Positions 41,485 to 52,622 of a stretch of DNA of 64,000 nucleotides are shown here, in pieces. The stretch's first letter is position 1, and each line of letters opens with the position of its first letter. Below the pieces are notes generated by a model. The model saw nothing but the letters and a program-made list of their open reading frames with translations. It had not been told where the DNA came from and did no database searches. Source of the stretch: an uncultured Rivularia sp. (lineage in GTDB: Bacteria > Cyanobacteriota > Cyanobacteriia > Cyanobacteriales > Nostocaceae). The stretch is from the NCBI GenBank assembly GCA_963665115.1, contig OY762007.1:8064001-8128000 (forward strand). Reading direction: 5' to 3'. The translations under genes and the position numbers were made by a program.

Positions 41485-41605
41485 AGTGAACAGTGAACAG
41501 TAAACAAAATTTATAACTCCGGTGGTTCCAACTCCCAATTCCTAAATCCTAACTCCTAACTCCTAATTATTACCAATTACCAATTACCAATCCCCAATTC
41601 CCATT
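41485..41605. repeat. STRR heptamer tract
   Basis: ACAGTGA, AACTCCT and CCAATTA units. Confidence 0.8.
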
Positions 41606-41606
41606 C

Positions 41607-43188
41607 TTAATAATTCAACCACCTTGCTTGCATTTGATAGCTAACAATTACGGGATGGGAAAGTCGGTTTATTTCTACGTTTCCTAACTGTATATCTTTT
41701 GGTAATTCAAATAAATTATGTAATAAACTTTCTGTTAAAAAGCGGGTTTCAACGGGAAGTTGCAGTTTTTCTGAGTTTAATTGATAACGGGATGCTAAGA
41801 CAAAACCCCAAGGACCGAAGCTGGGAACGCTTACGGTGTAAGGATTCACTTTTAATCCAACTTCTCCAAGTGTAGCGGCAATACAAGCGATTACTTTAGG
41901 AGCAAAAAATGAGCTTGATGCTTGCGTTACAAAAACACCTTTATCCGTAAGTCTTCCTAACAAACGCCGGTAAAAGCCTTCTGAGTAAAGTTTTGCTAAT
42001 GCATCTTGATCTGGATCGGGGAAGTCTGCAATAATTACGTCGAACTGTTCTTTAAGTTTGGGTACGCTTAAGAATGCGTCGGCATTGATTACTTCTACCC
42101 GAGAATCTTCTAAGGAATTACCGTTTGCTTCTTTTAATTGCGGATGACGGCTTGCTAATTTAACTACCTCGGGATCTAATTCAATTAATACTACCTTTTC
42201 AACTTCTTTCCATTTGAGTACTTCTCTAATTGCCATTCCATCCCCAGCACCCAATACCAAAACCCGCTTTTTATCGGGTGTTGCACTCATCGCCGGATGT
42301 ACTAATCCTTCATGATAGCGGTATTCATCCACTGTGGATAGTTGCAAGTCACCATTGAGAAATAATCTGGCATCTTTACCTTTACGGGTTAATACAATTC
42401 TTTGATAGGGAGATTGAATTCTTTTAACTATAGGTGCTGAATATAAGTTATTTTCTAATTTATTACTAATGGGAATGGTTGCAGGTGCAAGAGCTAAAAG
42501 CATTATACCCAAAGCTAAACCAATGTAGCTCCAACGACGTAAATGGGAAAAATTGCGCCCAATTAAAAACACCATCAAAGCCGGTAATGCACCTAAAATA
42601 AAAGCCGTGGGAAACATTCCACACATCGGTAGCAGAATTACCGGAAAAGCCAAAGAACCGAAAAGCGCTCCTACATAATCGAGAGCCAACACACCCGCCA
42701 AAGCTTCCCTAACTCCTTCCTCCATTTCTATAATGCGCGTCAAAATAGGCACTTCCAAACCAGCGAGTATTCCCAGCAAAATAGTGACTAAAAATAACCC
42801 CAGCCAAATCTCACCATTCATGACGAACAAAGCGAACAGACCCCAGAGGTAATAGGGCTGTCAGAGGTGCGATCGCCAATTCCACACCAACAAAAGTCAA
42901 CAGCAATTTCCGTTGTAGCGATCGACCTTCCCCATTAGGTGCAATAAACTGACTCAAGTAAGAACCAGCACCCATAGCTGCCAGAAAACCACCTATAGCA
43001 ATACCGAAAGCAAGAGCTTGATTTCCCACTAAATAGCTAGCAAGAGTACCTAAAAGCAACTCTACGGCAAGCCCGCAAGCAGAAGAAACAGCCGCCGCAG
43101 CCAGTAATAACTTACGTTGAGTACTGCTCAAAGAATAACTATTCTTCACAGTACTTTCCCCTATATCAGAAAAATTATTTGCTTCCAT
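41607..43188 (-). CDS. speE: Membrane-bound polyamine aminopropyltransferase (spermidine synthase-like; +1 at 42841-44)
   Basis: N-terminal TM region CGLAVELLLGTLASYLVG; LFLNGDLQ..DEYRYHE, LGAGDG, DFPDP, VPSFGPWGF. Confidence 0.88.
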
Positions 43189-43260
43189 TATTTCAGTGAG
43201 CAGTGAGCAGTGAACAGTAAACAGTTAGGAGTTAGGAGTTAAACCTTTAACCTCATCCCC

Positions 43261-43494
43261 CTACTTCCCACTACCGGGACCTCCACCCTGAAAGCCACCG
43301 TAGGAGGAACGACCGGGTACAAATATCCATGTACCGTTGTTACCGTAGGAACCGGATAAACTGGTTCCCCGACGAGGGGAGAAGTTTGCTTGTTTTTCTT
43401 CGCGCAATACGAAAGCTGATTTTTGAGTGTAAGCGTCGGTAACTGACCACATTGCCATTAGTACCGCGATTCCAGCAAAGACTTTTGTAAGCAT
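43261..43494 (-). CDS. Small exported peptide with Gly-rich C-terminus ending in Lys
   Basis: 77 aa, signal-like N-terminus, ends RSSYGGFQGGGPGSGK. Confidence 0.8.
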   Translation of the reverse strand: MLTKVFAGIAVLMAMWSVTDAYTQKSAFVLREEKQANFSPRRGTSLSGSYGNNGTWIFVPGRSSYGGFQGGGPGSGK

Positions 43495-43629
43495 AGTTTT
43501 TTATTTAATCTAAATAAAAATTGTTTGTTTTGCTTCGTTTACCTATTTTTTCCAAATTGAAAAGGATTGGGACTTAACATTTAAAGAATTTACAACTCCT
43601 AACTCTCTCTCAATCCAAAATCCAAAATC

Positions 43630-44701
43630 CTATAGGCTATCGGTAACTGAAGCACCAATATGAACAGCTTCTACCGCTGTACAAGTTCGATTCCCGTCGA
43701 TAACGGTGAGAGTTGTCTTATCAACAGGTGCATCTGGGATAACTTCTACATGAAAACCGTAGGAGTCTTGCGGTTCTAAGATCAAAAACTTTTGTGCAAA
43801 ACCCGTTACTTTTTCAAGCTTTCCATCTTCCCGATGAAACTTTAAATTCAAAGGAATATTCTCGCTGTATAGCTGTTCCCCATAAGAATCTTTGATAACC
43901 AGTCTAGCCCGCATTGTCTGAGGACTTGTTTCGTCAGATGTTACGTTAATTTTGACACGTACCAATTTATCGGCACCACCAAGAGTTGCTCGTTCGCTGG
44001 GGGTCGCTGTCGTTGATTGTTTTGGAAATCACCTTTTTCCCACTACGTGGGGCTGCAATATATGTCATTACGGCTAAAGCTAAAGTCCCAAATAAACCCG
44101 GCCATAGATGACGACCGTCTACAACTCCGTTAGTAATTTTCACGTCAAAACTTACGGAATTCGTCGTCGGTTTCGGTTTATTACCTTGATTCCCAGTTAA
44201 ATCATCTGCTGAAAATTGAGTTGAGGATCTGGTTCTTCCTCCCGACAAATTTTCGTACTCTAATACGGAAATAGCAACTGTCACCTCTTCATTTTTCTTG
44301 GCACGTACATCTAAGCCAGCATCTAAATCATCCTCGTCCCAGCTACCAGATTCACCATCTTCATACCAAATCCCCGATTCACGCCATGCTTGCTTAGTCG
44401 CAGAAGCAATCAGTTTTCCTTGTTTATCAAGTAACTGAATCTCATATACCAGCCCATGATTATTTGGTATAGAGGCTTTTGTATCAATCCGCAATGCTCC
44501 AACTAATTGAGGCTCAAGTTTGAGCGCTTCAATTTTGACCACTTCTTCTTCATTAACTTTGACAGTTTGCGAAAAAAGCACTTTTCCAAAAAAAGCGGAT
44601 GCAATTAAGGCTAAAAAAATTAAGCCAGTAGCACCAAAAGCAATATAAAGTGCAGGATCTATAAAACGATTTGTCTTCTCAACATTTATAGTTGCTGACA
44701 T
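43630..44701 (-). CDS. Membrane-anchored hypothetical protein (+1 at 43999-44003)
   Basis: Two TM segments; W.ESG.W.EDGESGSW.E.D motif; corrected junction SDPSERATLGGADKLVRVK. Confidence 0.78.
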
Positions 44702-45358
44702 GATATTTTCAGCTTCACAGTATTTTTAACAACACTATGACATAATAACCTTCCGGAAAAGTTAAGTAAGTTTAGAAAACTACCGCAAGTCAGATTTAAC
44801 AAAGGATTTAGCTTTTTTAGAAATGTATCAAATCTATTTTTATCAGAAGTGAAATGATGATTTTACGGAGAATAAATAGTAAAGAAACATAGATACTAAG
44901 TATTACTACTGTTCTCGTAATATAAAGTTGTAATAAAGAAATTAAGAAGATATGTTGTAGCTTCTATTTAAGTTGCTTCTAAAACACTTTAATTATGTGA
45001 CAGAGACTTAAATGTATAGCAGTACGCTTGTTTATTATCATCAGATAAATTATTGCAAGCATTTACTAACATGAAATTAGTATAAAGCATCTATAAATAC
45101 ATTTTTTTATTGGTAGCATGGCATCATTATTGTTAGATAATTACACGTTCAATTACACGATTAGTTATCGATGAGCCAAGAATGTTGAATTAAAGATTAA
45201 AGGCATTTAAAAGGTATTTTACTAAATACATATTTGATGTTAAATACAGGTTGTTTGAGGTTAATAACTGTTTAATAAAAACTCTCATTGAACTACCAAA
45301 ACATGAATAATCAACTTCATGACGACGATATTTTTTGCAAAATGCATCTCTATTCAAA

Positions 45359-45426
45359 TTCACATCTTGCATCATTCTCAACAACCCTAAAGAAACCGGG
45401 TTTCTGAAGCTGGTGCAAATTAAGAG
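45359..45426. mobile_element. Short family C MITE
   Basis: TTCACATCTTGCATCATTCTCAA..AAAGAAACCGGGTTTCTGA..TGGTGCAA, matching the ends of 31189-31309. Confidence 0.7.
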
Positions 45427-45551
45427 TTTAAATAGGGTTATAGATAGACGCAATCTTTTTGATTGTCTATCAATTGTTGATTTTTTTATCTACAACTGGG
45501 GCATTTTATCTACTTTATCTATATATAATGATTTTTCAGGCAAAGACAAAA

Positions 45552-47093
45552 ATGGCTGATACTAATTACGATGCAATTATAATCGGTACTGGTGCTGGTG
45601 GTGGAACCTTAGCCAGAGTTTTAGCTGCAAGTGGTAAGAAGATATTAATTTTAGAAAGAGGAAGTTTTTTACCTAAAGAGAAAGCTAACTGGAATGCAAC
45701 AGAAATATTTCGCAATGATTGTTATCGCACTCGCGAAGTCTGGTACGACAAACAGGGTAAACCCATTCATCCTGTAACCCATTACAACGTCGGTGGTAAT
45801 ACTAAATTTTATGGTAGCGCTCTATTCAGATTGCGCGATCGCGATTTTGAAAATGTCGTCCATCATGACGGTATTTCTCCAGAATGGCCGTTAAAATACC
45901 AAGATTTCGCCGATTACTATACTCGTGCGGAGCAAATGTATGAGGTTCACGGTAAGCGCGGTTTGGACTCTACCGAACCAAAAGTAGATAGCGATTATCC
46001 CTTTCCACCCATCACCCACGAACCCTATATTCAGAGAATCAACGAAAAACTTAAAGACAAGGGTTTGCATCCATTTTATTTACCTTTGGGGCTAAAGTTA
46101 AATGAGAAAAATTCATGGGCTAGTCACTGTATCCGCTGCAATACCTGCGATGGTTTTCCCTGTTTGGTTGATGGCAAAGCTGATGCTGATATCAACGGTG
46201 TACGTCCGGCGATCGCCTATAATAATGTGACTTTAGTTACTCAGGCTAAGGTCGTAAAATTACATACGAATCCATCAGGAACAGAAGTAAATACGGTAGA
46301 AGCAGAGATTTTAGGAAAGCTGTATCATTTCAGCGCTAATATTGTTGTAGTTTCCTGCGGTGCAATCAATTCAGCAATATTATTATTAAAGTCTGCTAAC
46401 AATAAACATCCGAATGGATTAGCGAATAGTTCCGATTTGGTAGGGCGTAACTATATGGCGCATAAATTTGGTGTAGTAGCAGCCTTATCCAGCAAAAAAA
46501 ATCATACTGACTTTCAAAAGACTATCGGTTTAACTGATTTTTATTGGGGAGAAAAAGATTTTCATTATCCAATGGGTAGCGTGCAATTACTGGGCAATAT
46601 TCCAGAGGAAAGAATTGAAGAAGATGCACCATTATTTATACCCAATTTTATAGCTAAAAACATTGCTAAACATACCGTGGGATGGTTTTTGATGACTGAA
46701 GATTTACCAAGCCCGAATAACCGGGTACGGATTCATCAAGATAAAATATTTCTCGAATATACCCACAACAACGAAGTGCCATTTCAAAGATTAATAAAGC
46801 GTTGGGTACAGGTTTTAAAATCAACTAATACTCGTAGTAATTGGGATGATTTTACATTATATTCTTCCCAAAAACTGACTATTAAAGAAGTTGGCCATCA
46901 ATGCGGTACTTGTCGCTTCGGTGAAGATGCAAAAACATCGGTTTTAGATATCAATTGTCGTACCCACGACGTTGATAATTTATATGTAGTCGATGGTAGT
47001 TTTTTCCCTTCCAGTGCTGCGGTTAACCCTACATTAACTATTATTGCTAATGCAATACGTGTAGGCGAACATATTCTAAAAAGGTTGGGATAA
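45552..47093 (+). CDS. GMC family oxidoreductase
   Basis: IIGTGAGGG, VGGNTKFYG, CIRCNTCDGFPC, HQCGTCRFG, NPTLTIIANA. Confidence 0.92.
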   Translation: MADTNYDAIIIGTGAGGGTLARVLAASGKKILILERGSFLPKEKANWNATEIFRNDCYRTREVWYDKQGKPIHPVTHYNVGGNTKFYGSALFRLRDRDFENVVHHDGISPEWPLKYQDFADYYTRAEQMYEVHGKRGLDSTEPKVDSDYPFPPITHEPYIQRINEKLKDKGLHPFYLPLGLKLNEKNSWASHCIRCNTCDGFPCLVDGKADADINGVRPAIAYNNVTLVTQAKVVKLHTNPSGTEVNTVEAEILGKLYHFSANIVVVSCGAINSAILLLKSANNKHPNGLANSSDLVGRNYMAHKFGVVAALSSKKNHTDFQKTIGLTDFYWGEKDFHYPMGSVQLLGNIPEERIEEDAPLFIPNFIAKNIAKHTVGWFLMTEDLPSPNNRVRIHQDKIFLEYTHNNEVPFQRLIKRWVQVLKSTNTRSNWDDFTLYSSQKLTIKEVGHQCGTCRFGEDAKTSVLDINCRTHDVDNLYVVDGSFFPSSAAVNPTLTIIANAIRVGEHILKRLG

Positions 47094-47112
47094 TCTTCTG
47101 ACAGGATCGGAA

Positions 47113-47315
47113 TCCGGCTTGATGAATTATAAAAATATCAGCTTACTGAAAAACCAAAAACCTCACCCTCGCTTCACCTATGGTAAATCTTTCCCTCTCC
47201 TTATTAAGGAGAGGGTTAGGGTGAGGTTTTCTGAGAATTCATCTGGACTTAATATCAACCTCCTTATTAAGGTGAGGGTTAGGGTGAGATTTTCTAATAA
47301 TTCATCCGAACTTAA
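47113..47315. mobile_element. MITE-like element with duplicated right end
   Basis: AATCCGGCTTGATGAATT..; palindrome CCCTCTCCTTATTAAGGAGAGGG; the segment CTCCTTATTAAGG..AATTCATC..ACTTAAT occurs twice. Confidence 0.6.
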
Positions 47316-47346
47316 TCAGCTATTCGGTGCGTTTTACTATTTAAAC

Positions 47347-48162
47347 CTATTTCAGCGCTAATACAAAAAAGGTTGTAATATCATGCCAAACACCTTTATC
47401 TGTAGTCAAACCTTCAATAATGCTGGCAAATTCAGCTTTTAATTGTTCCTTTTGTGATGATGGAAGTTGTAACAAAGGATTTTCAGGGTGAATCCAAGTG
47501 CTTCCATCAAAAATCTTCTTTGCATCTTCAACTGACAGATATTTTCCGAATTGCTCGGTTGTCACTTCAATACTGTGAAAACCAGCTTCTTTTAAGAGGT
47601 TTTCGCATTTTTGCGCGGTACCTAAAGGCTCGTGTATATTAGGTAGAGAAATACCACAGTTAGAGCAAGTCTTAATTATTGCGGGAGTCATCAAAGAAGT
47701 TTCCGCATAAGCGTTAAAAGCAACAATTCCCCCTGGCTTCATAAAATGATACCAATCTTTGAAAGCAACAGCAATATTTTTAAAAACCATAAGAGCAGAA
47801 CAACATAAAACAGCATCAAAATAGCTTTCGCGAAAGTTCAGGTATTCTGCGTCTGCTTCAATTAACTCAACATTTATTAAATTTAATTTATTAATTTTAT
47901 CTTGTGCCTGCTTAAGTAAAACAGCAGCGATATCAACTCCCACAACTTTGCCTTGTATACCTACAATCTCAGCAGCAGGAATAGCAATCAAACCCGTACC
48001 AGTTGCAATATCTAGTATTTTATATCCCTTTTGTAAAGGTAATAATTCTAAAAAACGATTGGCACGACGGTTTGCAAATTCACTACCATCATAGTTAGTT
48101 CTAGCATTGAAGTAGTCAGCTACTTGCTGCTTATATTTATTAAGTTTTGTATAATTAGACAT
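47347..48162 (-). CDS. Class I SAM-dependent methyltransferase (paralog 1)
   Basis: ILDIATGTG, VVGVDI, EADAE, KPGG. Confidence 0.9.
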   Translation of the reverse strand: MSNYTKLNKYKQQVADYFNARTNYDGSEFANRRANRFLELLPLQKGYKILDIATGTGLIAIPAAEIVGIQGKVVGVDIAAVLLKQAQDKINKLNLINVELIEADAEYLNFRESYFDAVLCCSALMVFKNIAVAFKDWYHFMKPGGIVAFNAYAETSLMTPAIIKTCSNCGISLPNIHEPLGTAQKCENLLKEAGFHSIEVTTEQFGKYLSVEDAKKIFDGSTWIHPENPLLQLPSSQKEQLKAEFASIIEGLTTDKGVWHDITTFFVLALK

Positions 48163-48505
48163 TTACAAAATCTCTTTTATCAAGTATTTTTAGTTAAATT
48201 AATTGACATAAGTCTCACTATTAAGTAGTTACCTTACAGCATCTATACTGTCAGACTCAATCTGCAAGGGGAAACGCATCTACAACTGCATAAGCTAATT
48301 ATCTAAACCCCATATACATATAAGACGAGGTAGTAGAAAAAGTAGAATTGTCATATATGTTGTGTTTGTATGTTCAAATTGAATGTGAAATTAAATTTAC
48401 TATGAAGTAACTTAAAATACACTTGCAAGTGTGCTAATAAAGCATAAGACTATAGTGTCATTTGAAATAGAGCTTATATATAAATTATTTTTTTGGAGAG
48501 AGAAT

Positions 48506-48865
48506 ATGATAAAACTCCTTTCTATGGATGCTAACAATGTTGTAGGTGTTTCAATCAAAGGAAACGTAAAGACTAAAGACTTTGAATTAGTGAAAAAGTT
48601 CATTAGTGAAGTAGAGGTTCATTACGAGTTTTTACGGATATATGTGGAAATTAAAGATATCGAAGGATTTTCGCTAGAAACTTTATTAAAAGAATTTGAA
48701 TTTACTCTAAGTCAGTTTCATAAATTTGAAAAAGAAGCGATAGTCATTGAGAAAAAATTGGTTCAAAGTCTTGAAGGTATGAAAGATTTACTGGTTGCAG
48801 GTGTAAAAGTTAAGTGTTTTAGCTTTGAAGATAAATGCGAAGCACGTTGTTGGATATTGAATTGA
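48506..48865 (+). CDS. STAS/SEC14 (SpoIIAA-like) domain protein
   Basis: GGAGAG RBS; NVVGV.IKG..KDF, FEK.AIV, A..W. Confidence 0.75.
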   Translation: MIKLLSMDANNVVGVSIKGNVKTKDFELVKKFISEVEVHYEFLRIYVEIKDIEGFSLETLLKEFEFTLSQFHKFEKEAIVIEKKLVQSLEGMKDLLVAGVKVKCFSFEDKCEARCWILN

Positions 48866-48867
48866 TT

Positions 48868-49680
48868 TTAGTCTTTATGTGCAACGACAAAATAAGTTGT
48901 CTTATCATTCCAAACACCTTTATCTGTAGCTAAACGTTCAACTTTTGTCTGATATTCTTTTTTACAATGGTTTAATTGCAGCTGCGAAAGTTCTGTCAAA
49001 GGATTGCTTCGAGGATGAAACCAACCTCCATTCCAGGATTTTGCATCATCGAGGCTAATGTAACTACCAAATTGTTGAGTTTCGATAGAAATATTGTGAA
49101 AACCAGCTTGTAGTAATAAATCGCGGCATTTTTGCTGAGTACCCAAAGGTGCATTAATATTCGGTAGTGAGATTCCGCAAGTAGCGCCAGCTTGAATAAT
49201 AATCGGTGTGATAAAAGATGTTTCTGAAAAGCAAGAGAAAGCTACAGTACCGCCTTTATTGAGAAAACGGTACCATTTTTGTAGAGCAGTCGGGATATCA
49301 CTCAACCAGACGAAAGCCGAAGAACAAAAAATCACATCAAAACTTTTATCATCAAAGTCTACATAATCCGCATCAGCTTCAATCAATTCAATATTTTGCA
49401 AACCAGCTTGCTCAATCTTTTCCCGTGCTTGGCTGAGCATAGTTGAAGAAATATCCACACCGACTACTTTTCCTTCATTTCCTACAATTTGGGCTGCTGA
49501 AATTGCCACAATTCCGGTACCAGTTGCGACATCTAATATTTTTTGTCCTTTTTGAAGCTGTACTAAATCTACTAAAGCAAGCGCTAAACGAAAACGAAAA
49601 TCATCATCATACTTAGTTCGTTGATTAAAAAATTCAGTTACCTGTTGTTTGTATTGTTTCTCGTATTGGGAATTATCCAT
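48868..49680 (-). CDS. Class I SAM-dependent methyltransferase (paralog 2)
   Basis: ILDVATGTG, VVGVDIS, FDVIFCSSA. Confidence 0.9.
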   Translation of the reverse strand: MDNSQYEKQYKQQVTEFFNQRTKYDDDFRFRLALALVDLVQLQKGQKILDVATGTGIVAISAAQIVGNEGKVVGVDISSTMLSQAREKIEQAGLQNIELIEADADYVDFDDKSFDVIFCSSAFVWLSDIPTALQKWYRFLNKGGTVAFSCFSETSFITPIIIQAGATCGISLPNINAPLGTQQKCRDLLLQAGFHNISIETQQFGSYISLDDAKSWNGGWFHPRSNPLTELSQLQLNHCKKEYQTKVERLATDKGVWNDKTTYFVVAHKD

Positions 49681-49841
49681 AATTATCTTATTGCTCGATT
49701 ACTTAAAGCTAAATATAAACAGCAAGCAATATAGTTGTCTTCTGAAAACTTGCTCGAAATTATATTGAAATCTTGCAATCAATTAAAATTTACTTGTGAC
49801 GTATCGTTATAACCATAATCTCGTAGTGCGTTAGGGCAATT

Positions 49842-50735
49842 TCAAATTTGATTTCGATAGACTTTTGGTGTAACTCCCATATGCTTGCGAAACAAAACTG
49901 TAAAATTAGTTTGACTGGAGCAACCAATATTTAATGCTATTTCCACCAGAGGTAATTGAGTATAGGTAAGTAAAAACTTTGCTCGTTTAATCCGACATTG
50001 AATAATATATTGATGGGGAGAGATACCTATCGTATTTTTAAACCAGCGACAAAAATTATAAGAACTCATATTTACTAAACTTGCAAGTCTATTTAAACTT
50101 AATTTCTGTGCTAAATTGTCGTTAATATAATCAACAACTCGCTGTAATTGTTGCTGAGAAAGTTCAATTTTGGATTCAGTAATTTTTGAATTAACCAGAG
50201 AATAATTTTTTAAAATACGAACAGCTAAAGCATTAGCAATTGATTCCGCAAAAATATTACCAGATGGACATCCTGCTGTAATTTCTCCCTGCAAAGCCAT
50301 TCCCAAATGAAAAATCTGGGAATCATCAACACCTCGCTGGGGAATAATTTCAATAGAATCGCAATCAATTGAATCGCCTATTACCTGATGAAAAAGATTG
50401 GAATTAAGAGATATTAGCAAAAAATCAACATCTTCAAACCAGCGTGCTTGAGTTGGAATACCTTTAGGAGTAATCCCAATTACACCTTTTCTCATTTGAG
50501 TAGTATGTAGTTTTCCACCTGCTAAACGCCAATCTATTTGATAATTTTTGCCCAGTTGAATAGCAATGCTGTGTTGTCGCAAGCAAATTTCCGGAGATTC
50601 AAAAGCTGGTAAATGATGTTGCTCAATTGAAATATCCTCCCAATTTGAAGCACCCGAAATAATTGGGGGTTTATAAGCCACGGGAATTAGATTTCCGCTT
50701 GTAACTTCTATTGCTGAAAGTCTTTCAGATACCAT
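49842..50735 (-). CDS. AraC family transcriptional regulator
   Basis: LSL..LA..VNMS..F.RWFK..G.SPHQY; IAL.IG.S.QT.F..FRK..GVTP. Confidence 0.93.
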   Translation of the reverse strand: MVSERLSAIEVTSGNLIPVAYKPPIISGASNWEDISIEQHHLPAFESPEICLRQHSIAIQLGKNYQIDWRLAGGKLHTTQMRKGVIGITPKGIPTQARWFEDVDFLLISLNSNLFHQVIGDSIDCDSIEIIPQRGVDDSQIFHLGMALQGEITAGCPSGNIFAESIANALAVRILKNYSLVNSKITESKIELSQQQLQRVVDYINDNLAQKLSLNRLASLVNMSSYNFCRWFKNTIGISPHQYIIQCRIKRAKFLLTYTQLPLVEIALNIGCSSQTNFTVLFRKHMGVTPKVYRNQI

Positions 50736-50766
50736 TTTTAAGATTCAACTCCTAACTATTAACTGA

Positions 50767-52488
50767 TTACTGATTACTGGTTAACAGCCTTAGCGCTGGA
50801 GAATTTTGTAATTGTAAGGAATGTTGCGGTATGCCAATATTGATATTTTCTCGATCAAAAGCATATTTGAGACGACGACGAAATTCTCTACCTAAAGCAA
50901 ATTGCGTTCCGGGTTCGGTTTTAAACCACAGCAAAATTTCGATCCCATTATGGCTAATATTATTAACTCCTAAAACATTAACTGGATCGATAACTGAATC
51001 TTTCCACTCTCGATCGTTCTGCATTCCGCAAGCAGTTTCTCTGACTATTTCTAATGCTTTATCGACATCATTTTCTGGACTAATTTCTACAGTAAAAACT
51101 ATCCGCGACCAATCTTTTGTTAAATTGTGAACTGTGGATATAGTACTGTTAGAAATAGTACTCAAAATCCCGTTTGCTTGGCGTAGTTGAGTCATTCGCA
51201 GATTGACGTTTTCTACAACACCTACAGTTCCACCAATATTTATTAAATCGCCAATAATAAATTGGTCTTCCCAAAGCATAATTATACCATTAATGATATC
51301 TCTAATTAAATTTTGCGAACTGAAAGAAACAGCAAAACCAACAATTCCGGCTCCTGCTAATATTGGTATAATTGGAATATGTAATTTTTCTAAAAACCAT
51401 AAAATACCTAATACCATCCAGATAAAAGTTATCGATCCATTTAAAACATTAGAAAAAGTGGTTAACCGTGAAACACGTCGAGCAGAAATATCGGATTTTT
51501 GTAATTCTTTATCTAAAAACTTTCTGAATAAAAAATCTATAATAACGGTACTAGCTTTAATACCTAAAATTGTTCCGAGAATAATCGCTAATAATAAAGG
51601 TTTTGTCAGCAACCAATCTTCTAACCAACGAGTATAAGGAAACATTCCGGCGATTGCGGCTAATCCTAATACCCACGCAATAAATAAACTGATTACTAAT
51701 ATCCATCTTTTGAGTCTATTAATATTCAACTTGCGCTGCCAAACTAGTTTTTGCTGACAGTAATGCATCATCTGCACGTCTTCTTGTTCTTCTTCGGTGT
51801 TTTCTTCCTCAATTGCGAACTCGCTCATTTGGGGTTTTTCTTCTTGAAGTCTATCCCAGTTTTTACCAAAACTTTTATATATAGATATTAAGAATAAACT
51901 TAATAACATTAATCCGATAATTATTCCCAATGAAAATAAACCTTTACGCTGTAAAGATTCTGGTAATCTATCTTGCCGTGCTTTAATTAAGGCAGGGCGA
52001 ATATTGTTACTAAATTGTTGAGCTAAATCAGCTACCGACAAACCATGAAGTTGAGCATCTAACTCAGTAACGCTGATTAATTTGCGTCGCGATAACTTAG
52101 CGCCATCGCCCACTAAAATTACGGTTTGTTGTTCGCTTTGAGCGGGAATAACGTATAATCTTCGGGGATTGAAATCTGTAGCAAGAATTTCATCAAGATT
52201 TTGCTCGTACATTCGCACCCTAATTTCAAGCGGTGAAATCGTATTTTGATTGAGATTACTAATAGTTCCCTTCATCGCTGCGATATGCAAAATTTCTCGT
52301 CCATCCAGCGTTATCGGAGCGTAAACAATACTACTTTGATTGTCAGGAGAATTAATAAAAGGGTTAGGATTTGATTTCGCTTGAACTTGAATGCTTGTAA
52401 AGATAGTTAAGCTAAAGGTTATCAGGCTAATTGCCATAAAAACTTTAGCAGATAGCCGCTTTTTCAAACCCGTCAGTCGATTAACCAT
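50767..52488 (-). CDS. Mechanosensitive ion channel (MscS family)
   Basis: LAGAGIVGFAVSFSSQNLIRD..EDQF.IGD..G.VE..LR.TQLR. Confidence 0.9.
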   Translation of the reverse strand: MVNRLTGLKKRLSAKVFMAISLITFSLTIFTSIQVQAKSNPNPFINSPDNQSSIVYAPITLDGREILHIAAMKGTISNLNQNTISPLEIRVRMYEQNLDEILATDFNPRRLYVIPAQSEQQTVILVGDGAKLSRRKLISVTELDAQLHGLSVADLAQQFSNNIRPALIKARQDRLPESLQRKGLFSLGIIIGLMLLSLFLISIYKSFGKNWDRLQEEKPQMSEFAIEEENTEEEQEDVQMMHYCQQKLVWQRKLNINRLKRWILVISLFIAWVLGLAAIAGMFPYTRWLEDWLLTKPLLLAIILGTILGIKASTVIIDFLFRKFLDKELQKSDISARRVSRLTTFSNVLNGSITFIWMVLGILWFLEKLHIPIIPILAGAGIVGFAVSFSSQNLIRDIINGIIMLWEDQFIIGDLINIGGTVGVVENVNLRMTQLRQANGILSTISNSTISTVHNLTKDWSRIVFTVEISPENDVDKALEIVRETACGMQNDREWKDSVIDPVNVLGVNNISHNGIEILLWFKTEPGTQFALGREFRRRLKYAFDRENINIGIPQHSLQLQNSPALRLLTSNQ

Positions 52489-52622
52489 ATCTCTACCCAA
52501 GTTTTCAACTGGTTGACGGTTATTAGTTTAAAGCGAAAGTGTACCTGGTAAATTAAGATTCGTAATTACCCACGAAAAGCCCCCCTGCGAACAATTAAAA
52601 GAGACGTAGCAATGCTACGTCT

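Noticed and set aside
44702..45350. Long AT-rich intergenic region as a hidden gene or NtcA-regulated promoter
   Set aside because: No convincing ORF with RBS and no clean GTA-N8-TAC site found by eye
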